From an uncultured virus (IMG/VR IMGVR_UViG_3300030060_006470) (lineage: Duplodnaviria; Heunggongvirae; Uroviricota; Caudoviricetes), in the IMG/VR virus record IMGVR_UViG_3300030060_006470: 64,000 nucleotides of DNA; one strand, given 5' to 3'. Of this stretch, positions 60,238 through 64,000 are shown piece after piece. The notes beneath the pieces were generated by a model. That model saw nothing but the letters and a program-made list of their open reading frames with translations. It was not told the origin of the DNA and made no database searches. Positions within the stretch are counted from its first letter, which is position 1. The number at the start of each line of letters is the position of its first letter. The translations under genes and the position numbers were made by a program.

Positions 60238-60660
60238 ATGAAGTCACTTATAAAGAAGTTATTGAGGGAAGAATTGGTAAATAAATTAATCAGGTTAGAG
60301 ATTGACGAGGTTCATAAACCTGGTGAATATACTCACGAAAATGTAAAGTTAGAAGACTTATATGTTTTAGAAAAAAATATGAATGAAGCTTGGAACATTA
60401 AGGGTGGTTCTAAAACTAAAGACCCCTTAGAGGTATTTCAAATGTTAGATAATAGTAAATTTTTACTTGACGGTCATCATAGGGTTTGTGATTATATAAT
60501 TAAAAGTGGTATTATAGATAAAGAAGAAATTCTTAAATTAGAGATATATTCTAATATATTACAAACACCTATTAAAAATTCGATAGAAGCTTTAGGTGCA
60601 AAACTTTTTAATGGTTACATACCCTTTATTGAATGGTTAAAAAAAATTAACATATATTAA
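60238..60660 (+). CDS. ParB/Srx-like domain protein with MKxLIKKLLRE leader
   Basis: FLLDGHHRV motif. Confidence 0.65.
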   Translation: MKSLIKKLLREELVNKLIRLEIDEVHKPGEYTHENVKLEDLYVLEKNMNEAWNIKGGSKTKDPLEVFQMLDNSKFLLDGHHRVCDYIIKSGIIDKEEILKLEIYSNILQTPIKNSIEALGAKLFNGYIPFIEWLKKINIY

Positions 60661-60706
60661 GTCTCTTTTTAAAAAAATATTTTTTGGTAAATTTTTGGTT
60701 AATTTT

Positions 60707-61513
60707 TTAGGGGGTAGTAATATTTTCAATACTAGTAACTAATACTTTCTTAACGCTTATTTCGGTTTCTTTATCTGTGATATTTCCTGTTGTAATATCT
60801 TTAGGGTTAAATTTAAAAGTAATTAATACTTCTTCATCAGCTAATTCTGAATAGTAATCTAAAACATATTGTTTATTTAGTGATAGATATATACCGTTAC
60901 CTGGCATGGTAAGGACTTTACCTACTTTAATGTCTAGATTTAGTCTGGCGTTTGCGCCAGATGATATTTTACCATTTATAAGTGGCATAACCTTGTAACC
61001 CGTTAAAGTTGTATTAGTTTGGTTTGTTGATTCGTCTAATGACATTAATATTCTGTCTTGTGATATATCAGCAACCTTATAAAACCCATATTTGTTTGCT
61101 AATATTTTGGCTAACTTTGGGTTTATAACATCTACCTCCATTTTAAATTCATCACCATACATGTCTTTTCTAAAATTAAACTCGTCAATGGCAGCTTGAA
61201 TTAGTTTGTGTGATAACCCCATATTTTGATACCCATAATCTATTGCTATATCAAATGAAAAGTTTTCATTATCATTGTTAATCCAAATAGCGCCAATAAC
61301 TCTATTATTATTTGTATCTATTAGTAGTCCGTTAAGTTCTTTATCTCTAAGTATGGTAACCCCTCCGTCTTTAGCTATTTTTTCAGCTTCATCTGCAGCT
61401 TCATATTCATCAATATCAAACTCAGATAAATCAACATCGTCATGATAAGATACTAATTCATATTTTTCATTTAGCAGTCCTTCTCTAAGCAATTTTTTGA
61501 TTAATTGTTTCAT
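60707..61513 (-). CDS. GNAT acetyltransferase-like domain plus a possible ART-like C-terminal domain; MKxLIKKLLRE leader
   Basis: DIAIDYGYQNMGLSHKLI (GNAT motif A), KYGF; C-terminal GNGIYLS. Confidence 0.7.
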   Translation of the reverse strand: MKQLIKKLLREGLLNEKYELVSYHDDVDLSEFDIDEYEAADEAEKIAKDGGVTILRDKELNGLLIDTNNNRVIGAIWINNDNENFSFDIAIDYGYQNMGLSHKLIQAAIDEFNFRKDMYGDEFKMEVDVINPKLAKILANKYGFYKVADISQDRILMSLDESTNQTNTTLTGYKVMPLINGKISSGANARLNLDIKVGKVLTMPGNGIYLSLNKQYVLDYYSELADEEVLITFKFNPKDITTGNITDKETEISVKKVLVTSIENITTP

Positions 61514-61526
61514 GTATTAATTGTTT

Positions 61527-62096
61527 TTATTTCCACAATGATTTATCAGTAGGTGTTATATTGTAAACATCATTACCAAATATAACGTTGGTTACTTTAA
61601 ATAGGCTTTTATCAAACAAACAAACATCATTATATGGTTGATTCATAATTTTCATATCAGTGAACCAAGAATCGTAATTTGTATTTTGTTTAAGGTATGG
61701 TGCTAGGTCTGCAAAATGATTCAAATCAAGTTCATAAATCATTTCTTCCATCTCATCCCATGTTGTTTTAAATGTATTTTTTGCGTATGATTCAGCTTCA
61801 ACTAAAAAGAGTAGTCCTCCACCGCTCTTATCAGATTTAAGACCAGCAAATTCCCTACCTGTAGATATATCATCTGTAAACCAATAGAAACCATCTTGTA
61901 CCCTAGATTGGATATATTTTTGGAAAAAGTTATTAATCTCAACCTTATCTGATGATAAGTTGTTCTTACTTAAAAAATCTTCCAATTTCCATATACCTGG
62001 TATAACGCCCCCATGATATAGTTTTGAATTAAGCCCTTCTTTGGTTATTTCACCTAATAATGATTCTCTTAGCAATTTTTTGATTAAGTGTTTCAT
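61527..62096 (-). CDS. ADP-ribosyltransferase-like protein; MKxLIKKLLRE leader
   Basis: LYHGG...GFYWFTDDISTGREFA...YDS. Confidence 0.65.
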   Translation of the reverse strand: MKHLIKKLLRESLLGEITKEGLNSKLYHGGVIPGIWKLEDFLSKNNLSSDKVEINNFFQKYIQSRVQDGFYWFTDDISTGREFAGLKSDKSGGGLLFLVEAESYAKNTFKTTWDEMEEMIYELDLNHFADLAPYLKQNTNYDSWFTDMKIMNQPYNDVCLFDKSLFKVTNVIFGNDVYNITPTDKSLWK

Positions 62097-62113
62097 CTAT
62101 ATATAAATATAAG

Positions 62114-62983
62114 TTAAAGATATGGGTTTAATGGTAATTCCCTATCATCTGGGTTATATTTGATTAATTGTTTATTTATTATATTTAGTTTATTTGCTTT
62201 ATATACACATACGATAGGATTACCCCAATTAGTTGTATAGACTCCATCAATACCTAACTTAAGGAAAAACATTGTTGCCTTTCTAAGGCTATTAAAATGT
62301 GCTGCAATATAAAAATATAATGCATTAAAATTAGTTTCTAAATCTTCAAGACGTAATTCATTATAATAATCGTCCACATTTGGTGCAATGTCACTCAAAT
62401 ATATTTCTTCTTTATAATCAATCGTATTAACGGTTTTTAAAAAGTTAAAAACTTCTTCTTCACCTTTTAAATTTTTAGCCACCTCTTTATTTGTTTTTTC
62501 ATCCCAAATAACCCACGTATTTGGTTTATAACCGTCATCTATAGCCCATTGTGGTAGTTCATCACCAAACCTATCCCAAGTATATGATATGTTATTTTCA
62601 CCAATATGTAGACTATCAAAATCAAAAGTATCTAAAAGGTTAGATTCAAAAAATTTATAAAAATTAGGTATTTTATTAACTTTTTCTTTAATATAATCTG
62701 GTATGTCTCCGTGAAAATTTATTAAGTTCATATTGGGGGGCATTTCTAAAGTATAAAGGTAACCATCCTTACTATCCTTTAATGCATACCCTTTAGCTTG
62801 GTCAATTTCTGGGGTTATATATACACCGTAACCTTCTGTAGCCCACCCAGGCTCATCTGGTGAATCACCCCATTTTAATTTAGGATATGGACTTCCATGA
62901 TAATATCTATCATTTTTTGGGTTAAATTCATTTTTCTCATCCAACAACCCTTCTCTAAGCAATTTTTTTATTAAGTGTTTCAT
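62114..62983 (-). CDS. ADP-ribosyltransferase-like protein; MKxLIKKLLRE leader
   Basis: YYHGSP...GYGVYITPEIDQAKGYA...GIDGV. Confidence 0.7.
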   Translation of the reverse strand: MKHLIKKLLREGLLDEKNEFNPKNDRYYHGSPYPKLKWGDSPDEPGWATEGYGVYITPEIDQAKGYALKDSKDGYLYTLEMPPNMNLINFHGDIPDYIKEKVNKIPNFYKFFESNLLDTFDFDSLHIGENNISYTWDRFGDELPQWAIDDGYKPNTWVIWDEKTNKEVAKNLKGEEEVFNFLKTVNTIDYKEEIYLSDIAPNVDDYYNELRLEDLETNFNALYFYIAAHFNSLRKATMFFLKLGIDGVYTTNWGNPIVCVYKANKLNIINKQLIKYNPDDRELPLNPYL

Positions 62984-63014
62984 CTGTATATAAGTTAAGG
63001 TTCATAACCTAGAT

Positions 63015-64000
63015 TTAAGTTTTTTCTATTCTTTTTTTATGGGCTGACATAATATCTTGGAGGATATGGTCATTATTTAAGCGTTTAATAAAATCTTTAT
63101 CATTAATCATCAAATTGTACATCTTTTTTGGGTTAGGATGATATTTTAACAATTCATCTATAGCCCCTTTGTCCTTATATAATTTTTCTCTAAAATCTTT
63201 GTTTTTAAATATAGTATCCACAATTTCTTCTGGATTTTTAAAGCTGTTAGAAAAGTAAGCCAATGCTGTGTTCATTTTAGATATAACACTATCATAGCTT
63301 AATAATAATTTAACTAAGTTATTTTTGTCATTACCCTTCATATCTGGGACCTCTATAAAATATGCCATATCTTCACTATCAATTATACCATTTATTTCAT
63401 CTTCTGTTAAGTTGTTGATAAATTTATCAAACTCATCACCAAATTGCCTTAATATTTGTGGGTTTTCTGAGGTTTTTAAAATATTTAACATTTCAGCCTT
63501 GTCAATTAAACTTGGTCTGTTCTTTAACAGGTATTTAAAGTTTTCTTCAGAAAAATCACCTACACTAAAGTTTCCAATTGAATCATATGATTCGCTCGTT
63601 CTTAAATCGTGAACCATATTACTATCTACCAGTAACCAAAGGATATATTTATGATATTTTTCATTTGGTTTTTCGTTACTTTTACCTCTTATTTGTATAA
63701 CATATTTTTCTGTTGGGTGCCAATCTATTGTAACATGCTCCCTGTTGTTTTTACGTAAGTGTAATAAATACATGCCATCATCTTGGGCTTCCCCACAATG
63801 ACCCATAGATTCTTTAGACTTTTCACAATAATTACTTTCAGTTAAAGCCCAATAATAACCATCATTGAATTTGTGAATTACTTTAACATTATCATCAATA
63901 CCTTTAATTTCACCACCTACTTCAAGTGACTGGTGCCATTTGTCTGACATTTTAATAGCTTCATCCCATGTATATTGTTTTAGGTTAACTGAAGGTGTGC
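63015..64000 (-). CDS. PcfJ-like domain protein (probably 5'-truncated by the window edge)
   Basis: WDEAIKMSDKWH...ESMGHCG...QIRGKSN; frame stays open upstream of 63950. Confidence 0.65.
   Translation of the reverse strand, partial: TPSVNLKQYTWDEAIKMSDKWHQSLEVGGEIKGIDDNVKVIHKFNDGYYWALTESNYCEKSKESMGHCGEAQDDGMYLLHLRKNNREHVTIDWHPTEKYVIQIRGKSNEKPNEKYHKYILWLLVDSNMVHDLRTSESYDSIGNFSVGDFSEENFKYLLKNRPSLIDKAEMLNILKTSENPQILRQFGDEFDKFINNLTEDEINGIIDSEDMAYFIEVPDMKGNDKNNLVKLLLSYDSVISKMNTALAYFSNSFKNPEEIVDTIFKNKDFREKLYKDKGAIDELLKYHPNPKKMYNLMINDKDFIKRLNNDHILQDIMSAHKKRIEKT

Larger units (their letters stand above)
1..64000. other. Segment of a large dsDNA phage genome, probably infecting Bacteroidota (Flavobacteriia)
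   Basis: Very AT-rich; well over 100 short, mostly co-oriented hypothetical ORFs; phage-type families (DUF932-like, ART, PcfJ-like); Bacteroidota sigma-type promoters; no housekeeping operons. Confidence 0.9.

Noticed and set aside
1..64000. Stop-codon reassignment as an explanation for the short ORFs
   Set aside because: Long genes are intact in code 11, all three stops end genes, and the short ORFs have their own promoters or start motifs.

Overview
AT-rich, gene-dense segment of a large tailed-phage genome. The host is probably a Bacteroidota/Flavobacteriia bacterium, judging by dozens of TTTG-N20-TAnnTTTG-type promoters and a Flavobacteria-like glnB-amtB-porin operon. No capsid, terminase, polymerase or integrase gene is recognisable. 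Layout: (1) 1-12.7 kb holds hypervariable mini-MORN repeats, auxiliary metabolic genes (P-II, AmtB, porin, acyl-CoA dehydrogenase) and a cluster of non-canonical structured and tRNA-like RNAs. (2) 12.7-23 kb is an array of about 40 unrelated small ORFs joined by one nucleotide motif, TTAAACCAAAACAAAGATGAGTAAAGAA, which carries a stop codon in all three frames plus the next start codon (MSKE). It looks like a gene-cassette array and is the best candidate for a new system. (3) 23.6-25.2 kb is a non-coding block. (4) 25.2-59.9 kb is an early/host-takeover-like module in which almost every small gene has its own promoter. (5) A G/C-run element lies at 60.0 kb. (6) 60.2-64 kb encodes effector-like proteins (ParB-like, GNAT, ADP-ribosyltransferase-like, PcfJ-like), four of which share an N-terminal MKxLIKKLLRE leader. 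All counts and family assignments are by eye or from recall; no search was run.
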